DNA of 64,000 nt from Azolla caroliniana (GCA_043228905.1 JBHGNT010000016.1:62001-126000); one strand, 5' to 3'; shown: positions 1 to 15,000, counted from the stretch's first letter. Program-made: numbers and translations. The notes: a model not told the origin generated them from the letters alone.

Positions 1-3000
1 CTCACGCGCTCTTCTCAAGTCCCTCCTCAAATTTGCTAATTTCTTCATGTCTCTCGACCTGAGTTTCAAAATCTCGATTTTTTAATTCTATATCATAGCT
101 AGCGTTGTTAGCTTCGATACACATATTTGAACACAAAAATCCGATATCACACGAGCCAGGTATGAACATTTTAATTTGCTCACGCGCTCTTCTCAAGTCC
201 CTCCTCAAATTTGCTAATTTCTTCATGTCTCTCAGCCTGAGTTTCAAAATCTTGATTTTTTAATTCCATATCATAGCTAGCATTGTTAGCTTCGATACGC
301 ATGTTTGAACACAAAAATCCGATATCACACGAGCCAGGTATGAACATTTTAATTGACTCACGCGCTCTTCTCAAGTCCCTCCTCAAATTTGCTAATTTCG
401 TCATGTCTCTCGACCTGAGTTTCAAAATCTCAATTTTTTAATTCCATATCATAGCTAGCGTTGTTAGCTTCGATACGCATGTTTGAACACAAAAATCCGA
501 TATCACACGAGCCAGGTATGAACATTTTAATTGACTCACGCGCTCTTCTCAAGTCCCTCCTCAAATTAGCTAATTTCTTCATGTCTCTCGACCTGAGTTT
601 CAGAATCTCGATTTTTTAATTCTATATCATAGCTAGCGTTGTTAGCTTCGATACGCATGTTTGAACACAAAAATCCGATATCACACGAGCCAGGTATGAA
701 CATTTTAATTTGCTCACGCGCTCTTCTCAAGTCCCTCCTCAAATTTGCTAATTTCTTCATGTCTCTCGACCTGAGTTTCAGAATCTTGATTTTTTAATTC
801 TATATCATAGCTAGCGTTGTTAGCTTCGATACGCATGTTTGAACATAAAAATCCGATATCACACGAGTGAGGTATGAACATTTTAATTGACTCACGCGCT
901 CTTCTCAAGTCCCTCCTCAAATTTGCTAATTTCTTCATGTCTCTCGACCTGAGTTTCAGAATATTGATTTTTTAATTCTATATCATAGCTAGCGTTGTTA
1001 GCTTCGATACGCATGTTTGACCACGAAAATCCGATATCACACGAATCAGGTATGAACATTTTAATTGACTCACGCGCTCTTCTCAAGTCCCTCCTCAAAT
1101 TAGCTAATTTCTTCATGTCTCTCGACCTGAGTTTCAGAATGTCGATTTTTGAATTCGATATCATAGCTAGCGTTGTTAGCTTCGATACGCATGTTTGAAC
1201 ACAAAAATCCGATATCACACGAGCCAGGTATGAACATTTTAATTGACTCACGTGCTCTTCTCAAGTCCCTCCTCAAATTTGCTAATTTTGTCATGTCTCT
1301 CGACCTAAGTTTCAAAATTTTGATTTTTTAATTCCATATCATAGCTAGCGTTGTTAGCTTCGATACGCATGTTTGAACACGAAAATCCGATATCACACGA
1401 GCCAGGTATGAACATTTTAATTGACTCACACGCTCTTCTCAAGTCCCTCCTCAAATTTGCTAATTTCTTCATGTCTTTCGACCTGAGTTTCAAAATCTCG
1501 ATTTTTTAATTCTATATCATAGCTAACGTTGTTAGCTTCGATACGCATGTTTGAACACAAAAATCCGATATCACAAGAGCCAGGTATGAACATTTTAATT
1601 GACTCACGCGCTCTTCTCAAGTCCCTCCTCAAATTAACTAATTTCGTCATGTCTCTCGACCTGAGTTTCAGAATCTCGATTTTTTAATTCTATATCATAG
1701 CTAGCGTTGTTAGCTTCGATACGCATGTTTGAACACAAAAATCCGATATCACACGAGCCAGGTATGAACATTTTAATTTGCTCACGCGCTCTTCTCAAGT
1801 CCCTCCTCAAATTTGCTAATTTCTTCATGTCTCTCGACCTGAGTTTCAGAATCTTGATTTTTTAATTCTATATCATAGCTAGCGTTGTTAGCTTCGATAC
1901 GCATGTTTGAACATAAAAATCCGATATCACACGAATCAGGTATGAACATTTTAATTTAGTCACGGGCTCTTGTCAAGTCCCTCCTCAAATTAGCTAATTT
2001 CTTCATGTCTCTCGACCTGAGTTTCAGAATCTTGATTTTTTAATTCTATATCATAGCTAGCGTTGTTAGCTTCGATACGCATGTTTGAACATAAAAATCC
2101 GATATCACACGAGCCAGGTATGAACATTTTAATTGACTCACGCGCTCTTCTCAAGTCCCTCCTCAAATTAGCTAATTTCTTCATGTCTCTCGACCTGAGT
2201 TTCAAAATCTCGATTTTTTAATTCTATATCATAGCTACCGTTGTTAGCTTCGATACGCATGTTTGAACACAAAAATCCGATATCACACGAGCCAGGTATG
2301 AACATTTTAATTTAGTCACGGGCTCTTCTAAAGTCCGTCCTCAAATTTGCTAATTTCTTCATGTCTCTCGGCCTGAGTTTCAAAATCTTGATTTTTTAAT
2401 TCTATATCAGAGCTAGCGTTGTTAGCTTCGATACGCATGTTTGAACACAAAAATCCGATATCACACGAGCCAGGTATGAACATTTTAATTTGCTCACGCG
2501 CTCTTCTCAAGTCCCTCCTCAAATTTGCTAATTTCTTCATGTCTCTCGACCTGAGTTTCAAAATCTCGATTTTTTAATTCTATATCATAGCTAGCGTTGT
2601 TAGCTTCGATACACATATTTGAACACAAAAATCCGATATCACACGAGCCAGGTATGAACATTTTAATTTGCTCACGCGCTCTTCTCAAGTCCCTCCTCAA
2701 ATTTGCTAATTTCTTCATGTCTCTCAGCCTGAGTTTCAAAATCTTGATTTTTTAATTCCATATCATAGCTAGCATTGTTAGCTTCGATACGCATGTTTGA
2801 ACACAAAAATCCGATATCACACGAGCCAGGTATGAACATTTTAATTGACTCACGCGCTCTTCTCAAGTCCCTCCTCAAATTTGCTAATTTCGTCATGTCT
2901 CTCGACCTGAGTTTCAAAATCTCAATTTTTTAATTCCATATCATAGCTAGCGTTGTTAGCTTCGATACGCATGTTTGAACACAAAAATCCGATATCACAC

Positions 3001-6000
3001 GAGCCAGGTATGAACATTTTAATTGACTCACGCGCTCTTCTCAAGTCCCTCCTCAAATTAGCTAATTTCTTCATGTCTCTCGACCTGAGTTTCAGAATCT
3101 CGATTTTTTAATTCTATATCATAGCTAGCGTTGTTAGCTTCGATACGCATGTTTGAACACAAAAATCCGATATCACACGAGCCAGGTATGAACATTTTAA
3201 TTTGCTCACGCGCTCTTCTCAAGTCCCTCCTCAAATTTGCTAATTTCTTCATGTCTCTCGACCTGAGTTTCAGAATCTTGATTTTTTAATTCTATATCAT
3301 AGCTAGCGTTGTTAGCTTCGATACGCATGTTTGAACATAAAAATCCGATATCACACGAGTGAGGTATGAACATTTTAATTGACTCACGCGCTCTTCTCAA
3401 GTCCCTCCTCAAATTTGCTAATTTCTTCATGTCTCTCGACCTGAGTTTCAGAATATTGATTTTTTAATTCTATATCATAGCTAGCGTTGTTAGCTTCGAT
3501 ACGCATGTTTGACCACGAAAATCCGATATCACACGAATCAGGTATGAACATTTTAATTGACTCACGCGCTCTTCTCAAGTCCCTCCTCAAATTAGCTAAT
3601 TTCTTCATGTCTCTCGACCTGAGTTTCAGAATGTCGATTTTTGAATTCGATATCATAGCTAGCGTTGTTAGCTTCGATACGCATGTTTGAACACAAAAAT
3701 CCGATATCACACGAGCCAGGTATGAACATTTTAATTGACTCACGTGCTCTTCTCAAGTCCCTCCTCAAATTTGCTAATTTTGTCATGTCTCTCGACCTAA
3801 GTTTCAAAATTTTGATTTTTTAATTCCATATCATAGCTAGCGTTGTTAGCTTCGATACGCATGTTTGAACACGAAAATCCGATATCACACGAGCCAGGTA
3901 TGAACATTTTAATTGACTCACACGCTCTTCTCAAGTCCCTCCTCAAATTTGCTAATTTCTTCATGTCTTTCGACCTGAGTTTCAAAATCTCGATTTTTTA
4001 ATTCTATATCATAGCTAACGTTGTTAGCTTCGATACGCATGTTTGAACACAAAAATCCGATATCACAAGAGCCAGGTATGAACATTTTAATTGACTCACG
4101 CGCTCTTCTCAAGTCCCTCCTCAAATTAACTAATTTCGTCATGTCTCTCGACCTGAGTTTCAGAATCTCGATTTTTTAATTCTATATCATAGCTAGCGTT
4201 GTTAGCTTCGATACGCATGTTTGAACACAAAAATCCGATATCACACGAGCCAGGTATGAACATTTTAATTTGCTCACGCGCTCTTCTCAAGTCCCTCCTC
4301 AAATTTGCTAATTTCTTCATGTCTCTCGACCTGAGTTTCAGAATCTTGATTTTTTAATTCTATATCATAGCTAGCGTTGTTAGCTTCGATACGCATGTTT
4401 GAACATAAAAATCCGATATCACACGAATCAGGTATGAACATTTTAATTTAGTCACGGGCTCTTGTCAAGTCCCTCCTCAAATTAGCTAATTTCTTCATGT
4501 CTCTCAGCCTGAGTTTCAGAATCTTGATTTTTTAATTCTTTATCATAGCTAGCGTTGTTAGCTTCGATACGCATGTTTGAACACAAAAATCCGATATCAC
4601 ACGAGCCAGGTATGAACATTTTAATTGACTCACGCGCTCTTCTCAAGTCCCTCCTCAAATTTGCTAATTTCGTCATGTCTCTCGACCTGAGTTTCAAAAT
4701 CTCAATTTTCTAATTCCATATCATAGCTAGCGTTGTTAGCTTCGATACGCATGTTTGAACACAAAAATCCGATATCACACGAGCCAGGTATGAACATTTT
4801 AATTGACTCACGTGCTCTTCTCAAGTCCCTCCTCAAATTTGCTAATTTTGTCATGTCTCTCGACCTAAGTTTCAAAATTTTGATTTTTTAATTCCATATC
4901 ATAGCTAGCGTTGTTAGCTTCGATACGCATGTTTGAACACGAAAATCCGATATCACACGAGCCAGGTATGAACATTTTAATTGACTCACACGCTCTTCTC
5001 AAGTCCCTCCTCAAATTTGCTAATTTCTTCATGTCTCTCGACCTGAGTTTCAAAATCTCAATTTTTTAATTCCATATCATAGCTAGCGTTGTTAGCTTCG
5101 ATACGCATGTTTGAACACAAAAATCCGATATCACACGAGCCAGGTATGAACATTTTAATTGACTCACGCGCTCTTCTCAAGTCCCTCCTCAAATTAGCTA
5201 ATTTCTTCATGTCTCTCGACCTGAGTTTCAAAATCTCGATTTTTTAATTCTATATCATAGCTACCGTTGTTAGCTTCGATACGCATGTTTGAACACAAAA
5301 ATCCGATATCACACGAGCCAGGTATGAACATTTTAATTTAGTCACGGGCTCTTCTAAAGTCCGTCCTCAAATTTGCTAATTTCTTCATGTCTCTCGGCCT
5401 GAGTTTCAAAATCTTGATTTTTTAATTCTATATCAGAGCTAGCGTTGTTAGCTTCGATACGCATGTTTGAACACAAAAATCCGATATCACACGAGCCAGG
5501 TATGAACATTTTAATTTGCTCACGCGCTCTTCTCAAGTCCCTCCTCAAATTTGCTAATTTCTTCATGTCTCTCGACCTGAGTTTCAAAATCTCGATTTTT
5601 TAATTCTATATCATAGCTAGCGTTGTTAGCTTCGATACACATATTTGAACACAAAAATCCGATATCACACGAGCCAGGTATGAACATTTTAATTTGCTCA
5701 CGCGCTCTTCTCAAGTCCCTCCTCAAATTTGCTAATTTCTTCATGTCTCTCAGCCTGAGTTTCAAAATCTTGATTTTTTAATTCCATATCATAGCTAGCA
5801 TTGTTAGCTTCGATACGCATGTTTGAACACAAAAATCCGATATCACACGAGCCAGGTATGAACATTTTAATTGACTCACGCGCTCTTCTCAAGTCCCTCC
5901 TCAAATTTGCTAATTTCGTCATGTCTCTCGACCTGAGTTTCAAAATCTCAATTTTTTAATTCCATATCATAGCTAGCGTTGTTAGCTTCGATACGCATGT

Positions 6001-9000
6001 TTGAACACAAAAATCCGATATCACACGAGCCAGGTATGAACATTTTAATTGACTCACGCGCTCTTCTCAAGTCCCTCCTCAAATTAGCTAATTTCTTCAT
6101 GTCTCTCGACCTGAGTTTCAAAATCTCGATTTTTTAATTCTATATCATAGCTAGCGTTGTTAGCTTCGATACGCATGTTTGAACACGAAAATCCGATATC
6201 ACACGAGCCAGGTATGAACATTTTGATTGACTCACGCGCTCTTCTCAAGTCCCTCCTCAAATTTGCTAATTTCTTCATGTCTCTCGACCTGAGTTTCAAA
6301 ATCTCAATTTTTTAATTCCATATCATAGCTAGCGTTGTTAGCTTCGATACGCATGTTTGAACACAAAAATCCGATATCACACGAGCCAGGTATGAACATT
6401 TTAATTGACTCACGCGCTCTTCTCAAGTCCCTCCTCAAATTAGCTAATTTCTTCATGTCTCTCGACTTGAATTTCAAAATCTCGATTTTTTAATTCTCTA
6501 TCATAGCTAGCGTTGTTAGCTTCGATACGCATGTTTGAACACAAAAATCCGATATCACACGAGCCAGGTATGAACATTTTAATTTAGTCACGGGCTCTTC
6601 TAAAGTCCCTCCTCAAATTTGCTAATTTCTTCATGTCTCTCGACCTGAGTTTCAAAATCTTGATTTTTTAATTCGATATCATAGCTAGCGTTGTTAGCTT
6701 CGATACGCATGTTTGAACACAAAAATCCGATATCACACGAGCCAGGTATGAACATTTTAATTGACTCACGCGCTCTTCTCAAGTCCCTCCTCAAATTTGC
6801 TAATTTCTTCATGTCTCTCGACCTGAGTTTCAAAATCTTGATTTTTTAATTCTATATCATAGCTCGCGTTGTTAGCTTCGATACGCATGTTTGAACACAA
6901 AAATCCGATATCACACGAGCCAGGTATGAACATTTTAATTAAGTCACGGGCTCTTCTAAAGTCCCTCCTCAAATTTACTAATTTCTTCATGTCTCTCGAC
7001 CTGAGTTTCAAAATCTCGATTTTTTAATTCCATATCATAGCTAGCGTTGTTAGCTTCGATATGCATGTTTGAACATAAAAATCCGATGTCACACGAGCCA
7101 GGTATGAACATTTTAATTGACTCACGCGCTCTTCTCAAGTCCCTCCTGAAATTTGCTAATTTCTTCATGTCTCTCGACCTAAGTTTCTAAATCTCGATTT
7201 TTTAATTCTATATCATAGCTAGCGTTGTTAGCTTCGATACGCATGTTTGAACACAAAAATCCGATATCACACGAGCCAGGTATGAACATTTTAATTTGCT
7301 CACGCGCTCTTCTCAAGTCCCTCCTCAAATTTGCTAATTTCTTCATGTCTCTCGACCTGAGTTTCAAATTATTGATTTTTTAATTCTATATCATAGCTAG
7401 CGTTGTTAGCTTCGATACGTATGTTTGAACACAAAAATCTGATATCACACGAGCCAGGTATGAACATTTTAATTGACTCACGCGCTCTTCTCAACTCCCT
7501 CCTCAAATTTGCTAATTTCGTCATGTCTCTCGACCTAAGTTTCAAAATCTCGATTTTTTAATTCTATATCATAGCTAGCGTTGTTAGCTTCGATACGCAT
7601 GTTTGAACACAAAAATCCGATATCACACGAGCCAGGTATGAACATTTTAATTTGCTCACGCGCTCTTCTCAAGTCCCTCCTCAAATTTGCTAATTTCTTC
7701 ATGTCTCTCGACCTGAGTTTCAAAATCTCGATTTTTTAATTCCATATCATAGCTAGCGTTGTTAGCTTCGATATGCATGTTTGAACACAAAAATCCGATG
7801 TCACACGAGTGAGGTATGAACATTTTAATTGACTCACGCGCTCTTCTCAAGTCCCTCCTGAAATTTGCTAATTTCGTCATGTCTCTCGACCTAAGTTTCA
7901 AAATCTCGATTTTCTAATTCTATATCATAGCTAGCGTTGTTAGCTTCGATACGCATGTTTGAACACAAAAATCCGATATCACACGAGCCAGGTCTGAACA
8001 TTTTAATTGACTCACGCGCTCTTCTCAAGTCCCTCCTCAAATTTGCTAATTTCTTCATGTCTCTCGACCTGAGTTTCAAAATTTTGATTTTTTAATTCTA
8101 TATCATAGGTAGCGTTGTTAGTTTCGATACGCATGTTTGAACACAAAAATCCGATATCACACGAGCCAGGTATGAACATTTTAATTTAGTGACGGGCTTT
8201 TCTAAAGTCCCTCCTCAAATTTGCTAATTTCTTCATGTCTCTTGACCTGAGTTTCAAAATCTTGATTTATTAATTCGATATCATAGCTAGCGTTGTTAGC
8301 TTCGATACGCATGTTTGAACACAAAAATCCGATATCACACGAGCCAGGTATGAACATTTTAATTGACTCACGCGCTCTTCTCAAGTCCCTCCTCAAATTT
8401 GCTAATTTCGTCATGTCTCTCGACCTAAGTTTCAAAATCTCGATTTTCTAATTCTATATCATAGCTAGCGTTGTTAGCTTCGATAGGCATGTTTGAACAC
8501 AAAAATCCGATATCACACGAGCCAGGTATGAACATTTTAATTTGCTCACGCGCTATTCTCAAGTCCCTCCTCAAATTTGCTAATTTCTTCATGTCTTTCG
8601 ACCTGAGTTTCAAAATCTTGATTTTCTAATTATATATCATAGCTAGCGTTGTTAGCTTCGATACGCATGTTTGAACATAAAAATCCGATATCACACGAGT
8701 GAGGTATGAACATTTTAATTGACTCACGCGCTCTTCTCAAGTCCCTCCTCAAATTTGCTAATTTCGTCATGTCTCTCGACCTAAGTTTCAAAATCTCGAT
8801 TTTTTAATTCTATATATCATAGCTAGCGTTGTTAGCTTCGATACGCATGTTTGAACATAAAAATCCGATATCACACGAGTGAGGTATGAACATTTTAATT
8901 GACTCACGCGCTCTTCTCAAATCCCTCCTCAAATTTGCTAATTTCGTCATGTCTCTCGACCTGAGTTTCAAAATCTCAATTTTTTAATTCCATATCATAG

Positions 9001-12000
9001 CTAGCGTTGTTAGCTTCGATACGCATGTTTGAACACAAAAATCCGATATCACACGAGCCAGGTATGAACATTTTAATTGACTCACGCGCTCTTCTCAAGT
9101 CCCTCCTCAAATTAGCTAATTTCTTCATGTCTCTCGACCTGAGTTTCAAAATCTCGATTTTTTAATTCTATATCATAGCTAGCGTTGTTAGCTTCGATAC
9201 GCATGTTTGAACACGAAAATCCGATATCACACGAGCCAGGTATGAACATTTTAATTGACTCACGCGCTCTTCTCAAGTCCCTCCTCAAATTTGCTAATTT
9301 CTTCATGTCTCTCGGCCTGAGTTTCAAAATCTTGATTTTTAAATTCTATATCATAGCTAGCGTTGTTAGCTTCGAGACGCATGTTTGAACATAAAAATCC
9401 GATATCACACGAGCCAGGTATGAACATTTTAATTGACTCACGCGCTCTTCTCAAGTCCCTCCTCAAATTTGCTAATTTCGTCATGTCTCTCCACCTAAGT
9501 TTCAAAATCTCGATTTTTTAATTCTATATATCATAGCTAGCGTTGTGAGCTTCGATACGCATGTTTGAACACAAAAATACGATATCACACGAGCCAGGTA
9601 TGAACATTTTAATTTGCTCACGCGCTCTTCTCAAGTCCCTCCTCAAATTTGCTAATTTCTTCATGTCTCTCGACCTGAGTTTCAAAATCTCAATTTTTTA
9701 ATTCCATATCATAGCTAGCGTTGTTAGCTTCGATACGCATGTTTGAACACAAAAATCCGATATCACACGAGCCAGGTATGAACATTTTAATTGACTCACG
9801 CGCTCTTCTCAAGTCCCTCCTCAAATTTGCTAATTTCTTCATGTCTCTCGACCTGAGTTTCAAAATCTCGATTTTTTAATTCCATATCATAGCTAGCGTT
9901 GTTAGCTTCGATATGCATGTTTGAACACAAAAATCCGATGTCACACGAGTGAGGTATGAACATTTTAATTGACTCACGCGCTCTTCTCAAGTCCCTCCTG
10001 AAATTTGCTAATTTCGTCATGTCTCTCGACCTAAGTTTCAAAATCTCGATTTTCTAATTCTATATCATAGCTAGCGTTGTTAGCTTCGATACGCATGTTT
10101 GAACACAAAAATCCGATATCACACGAGCCAGGTCTGAACATTTTAATTGACTCACGCGCTCTTCTCAAGTCCCTCCTCAAATTTGCTAATTTCTTCATGT
10201 CTCTCGACCTGAGTTTCAAAATCTCGATTTTTTAATTCTATATCATAGCTACCGTTGTTAGCTTCGATACGCATGTTTGAACACAAAAATCCGATATCAC
10301 ACGAGCCAGGTATGAACATTTTAATTTAGTCACGGGCTCTTCTAAAGTCCGTCCTCAAATTTGCTAATTTCTTCATGTCTCTCGGCCTGAGTTTCAAAAT
10401 CTTGATTTTTTAATTCTATATCAGAGCTAGCGTTGTTAGCTTCGATACGCATGTTTGAACACAAAAATCCGATATCACACGAGCCAGGTATGAACATTTT
10501 AATTGACTCACGCGCTCTTCTCAAGTCCCTCCTCAAATTAGCTAATTTCTTCATGTCTCTCGACCTGAGTTTCAAAATCTCGATTTTTTAATTCTATATC
10601 ATAGCTACCGTTGTTAGCTTCGATACGCATGTTTGAACACAAAAATCCGATATCACACGAGCCAGGTATGAACATTTTAATTTAGTCACGGGCTCTTCTA
10701 AAGTCCGTCCTCAAATTTGCTAATTTCTTCATGTCTCTCGGCCTGAGTTTCAAAATCTTGATTTTTTAATTCTATATCAGAGCTAGCGTTGTTAGCTTCG
10801 ATACGCATGTTTGAACACAAAAATCCGATATCACACGAGCCAGGTATGAACATTTTAATTTGCTCACGCGCTCTTCTCAAGTCCCTCCTCAAATTTGCTA
10901 ATTTCTTCATGTCTCTCGACCTGAGTTTCAAAATCTCGATTTTTTAATTCTATATCATAGCTAGCGTTGTTAGCTTCGATACACATATTTGAACACAAAA
11001 ATCCGATATCACACGAGCCAGGTATGAACATTTTAATTTGCTCACGCGCTCTTCTCAAGTCCCTCCTCAAATTTGCTAATTTCTTCATGTCTCTCAGCCT
11101 GAGTTTCAAAATCTTGATTTTTTAATTCCATATCATAGCTAGCATTGTTAGCTTCGATACGCATGTTTGAACACAAAAATCCGATATCACACGAGCCAGG
11201 TATGAACATTTTAATTGACTCACGCGCTCTTCTCAAGTCCCTCCTCAAATTTGCTAATTTCGTCATGTCTCTCGACCTGAGTTTCAAAATCTCAATTTTT
11301 TAATTCCATATCATAGCTAGCGTTGTTAGCTTCGATACGCATGTTTGAACACAAAAATCCGATATCACACGAGCCAGGTATGAACATTTTAATTGACTCA
11401 CGCGCTCTTCTCAAGTCCCTCCTCAAATTAGCTAATTTCTTCATGTCTCTCGACCTGAGTTTCAGAATCTCGATTTTTTAATTCTATATCATAGCTAGCG
11501 TTGTTAGCTTCGATACGCATGTTTGAACACAAAAATCCGATATCACACGAGCCAGGTATGAACATTTTAATTTGCTCACGCGCTCTTCTCAAGTCCCTCC
11601 TCAAATTTGCTAATTTCTTCATGTCTCTCGACCTGAGTTTCAGAATCTTGATTTTTTAATTCTATATCATAGCTAGCGTTGTTAGCTTCGATACGCATGT
11701 TTGAACATAAAAATCCGATATCACACGAGTGAGGTATGAACATTTTAATTGACTCACGCGCTCTTCTCAAGTCCCTCCTCAAATTTGCTAATTTCTTCAT
11801 GTCTCTCGACCTGAGTTTCAGAATCTTGATTTTTTAATTCTATATCATAGCTAGCGTTGTTAGCTTCGATACGCATGTTTGACCACGAAAATCCGATATC
11901 ACACGAATCAGGTATGAACATTTTAATTGACTCACGCGCTCTTCTCAAGTCCCTCCTCAAATTAGCTAATTTCTTCATGTCTCTCGACCTGAGTTTCAGA

Positions 12001-15000
12001 ATGTCGATTTTTGAATTCGATATCATAGCTAGCGTTGTTAGCTTCGATACGCATGTTTGAACACAAAAATCCGATATCACACGAGCCAGGTATGAACATT
12101 TTAATTGACTCACGTGCTCTTCTCAAGTCCCTCCTCAAATTTGCTAATTTTGTCATGTCTCTCGACCTAAGTTTCAAAATTTTGATTTTTTAATTCCATA
12201 TCATAGCTAGCGTTGTTAGCTTCGATACGCATGTTTGAACACGAAAATCCGATATCACACGAGCCAGGTATGAACATTTTAATTGACTCACACGCTCTTC
12301 TCAAGTCCCTCCTCAAATTTGCTAATTTCTTCATGTCTTTCGACCTGAGTTTCAAAATCTCGATTTTTTAATTCTATATCATAGCTAACGTTGTTAGCTT
12401 CGATACGCATGTTTGAACACAAAAATCCGATATCACAAGAGCCAGGTATGAACATTTTAATTGACTCACGCGCTCTTCTCAAGTCCCTCCTCAAATTAGC
12501 TAATTTCGTCATGTCTCTCGACCTGAGTTTCAGAATCTCGATTTTTTAATTCTATATCATAGCTAGCGTTGTTAGCTTCGATACGCATGTTTGAACACAA
12601 AAATCCGATATCACACGAGCCAGGTATGAACATTTTAATTTGCTCACGCGCTCTTCTCAAGTCCCTCCTCAAATTTGCTAATTTCTTCATGTCTCTCGAC
12701 CTGAGTTTCAGAATCTTGATTTTTTAATTCTATATCATAGCTAGCGTTGTTAGCTTCGATACGCATGTTTGAACATAAAAATCCGATATCACACGAATCA
12801 GGTATGAACATTTTAATTTAGTCACGGGCTCTTGTCAAGTCCCTCCTCAAATTAGCTAATTTCTTCATGTCTCTCAGCCTGAGTTTCAGAATCTTGATTT
12901 TTTAATTCTTTATCATAGCTAGCGTTGTTAGCTTCGATACGCATGTTTGAACACAAAAATCCGATATCACACGAGCCAGGTATGAACATTTTAATTGACT
13001 CACGCGCTCTTCTCAAGTCCCTCCTCAAATTTGCTAATTTCGTCATGTCTCTCGACCTGAGTTTCAAAATCTCAATTTTCTAATTCCATATCATAGCTAG
13101 CGTTGTTAGCTTCGATACGCATGTTTGAACACAAAAATCCGATATCACACGAGCCAGGTATGAACATTTTAATTGACTCACGTGCTCTTCTCAAGTCCCT
13201 CCTCAAATTTGCTAATTTTGTCATGTCTCTCGACCTAAGTTTCAAAATTTTGATTTTTTAATTCCATATCATAGCTAGCGTTGTTAGCTTCGATACGCAT
13301 GTTTGAACACGAAAATCCGATATCACACGAGCCAGGTATGAACATTTTAATTGACTCACACGCTCTTCTCAAGTCCCTCCTCAAATTTGCTAATTTCTTC
13401 ATGTCTCTCGACCTGAGTTTCAAAATCTCAATTTTTTAATTCCATATCATAGCTAGCGTTGTTAGCTTCGATACGCATGTTTGAACACAAAAATCCGATA
13501 TCACACGAGCCAGGTATGAACATTTTAATTGACTCACGCGCTCTTCTCAAGTCCCTCCTCAAATTAGCTAATTTCTTCATGTCTCTCGACCTGAGTTTCA
13601 AAATCTCGATTTTTTAATTCTATATCATAGCTACCGTTGTTAGCTTCGATACGCATGTTTGAACACAAAAATCCGATATCACACGAGCCAGGTATGAACA
13701 TTTTAATTTAGTCACGGGCTCTTCTAAAGTCCGTCCTCAAATTTGCTAATTTCTTCATGTCTCTCGGCCTGAGTTTCAAAATCTTGATTTTTTAATTCTA
13801 TATCAGAGCTAGCGTTGTTAGCTTCGATACGCATGTTTGAACACAAAAATCCGATATCACACGAGCCAGGTATGAACATTTTAATTTGCTCACGCGCTCT
13901 TCTCAAGTCCCTCCTCAAATTTGCTAATTTCTTCATGTCTCTCGACCTGAGTTTCAAAATCTCGATTTTTTAATTCTATATCATAGCTAGCGTTGTTAGC
14001 TTCGATACACATATTTGAACACAAAAATCCGATATCACACGAGCCAGGTATGAACATTTTAATTTGCTCACGCGCTCTTCTCAAGTCCCTCCTCAAATTT
14101 GCTAATTTCTTCATGTCTCTCAGCCTGAGTTTCAAAATCTTGATTTTTTAATTCCATATCATAGCTAGCATTGTTAGCTTCGATACGCATGTTTGAACAC
14201 AAAAATCCGATATCACACGAGCCAGGTATGAACATTTTAATTGACTCACGCGCTCTTCTCAAGTCCCTCCTCAAATTTGCTAATTTCGTCATGTCTCTCG
14301 ACCTGAGTTTCAAAATCTCAATTTTTTAATTCCATATCATAGCTAGCGTTGTTAGCTTCGATACGCATGTTTGAACACAAAAATCCGATATCACACGAGC
14401 CAGGTATGAACATTTTAATTGACTCACGCGCTCTTCTCAAGTCCCTCCTCAAATTAGCTAATTTCTTCATGTCTCTCGACCTGAGTTTCAAAATCTCGAT
14501 TTTTTAATTCTATATCATAGCTAGCGTTGTTAGCTTCGATACGCATGTTTGAACACGAAAATCCGATATCACACGAGCCAGGTATGAACATTTTGATTGA
14601 CTCACGCGCTCTTCTCAAGTCCCTCCTCAAATTTGCTAATTTCTTCATGTCTCTCGACCTGAGTTTCAAAATCTCAATTTTTTAATTCCATATCATAGCT
14701 AGCGTTGTTAGCTTCGATACGCATGTTTGAACACAAAAATCCGATATCACACGAGCCAGGTATGAACATTTTAATTGACTCACGCGCTCTTCTCAAGTCC
14801 CTCCTCAAATTAGCTAATTTCTTCATGTCTCTCGACTTGAATTTCAAAATCTCGATTTTTTAATTCTCTATCATAGCTAGCGTTGTTAGCTTCGATACGC
14901 ATGTTTGAACACAAAAATCCGATATCACACGAGCCAGGTATGAACATTTTAATTGACTCACGCGCTCTTCTAAAGTCCCTCCTCAAATTTGCTAATTTCT

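Noticed and set aside
1-178. Identity with Arabidopsis thaliana CEN178, or a 5S rDNA/tRNA tandem array
   Set aside because: Only the length matches CEN178 as I recall it. No 5S rRNA sequence, tRNA cloverleaf or Pol III A/B/C boxes are evident.
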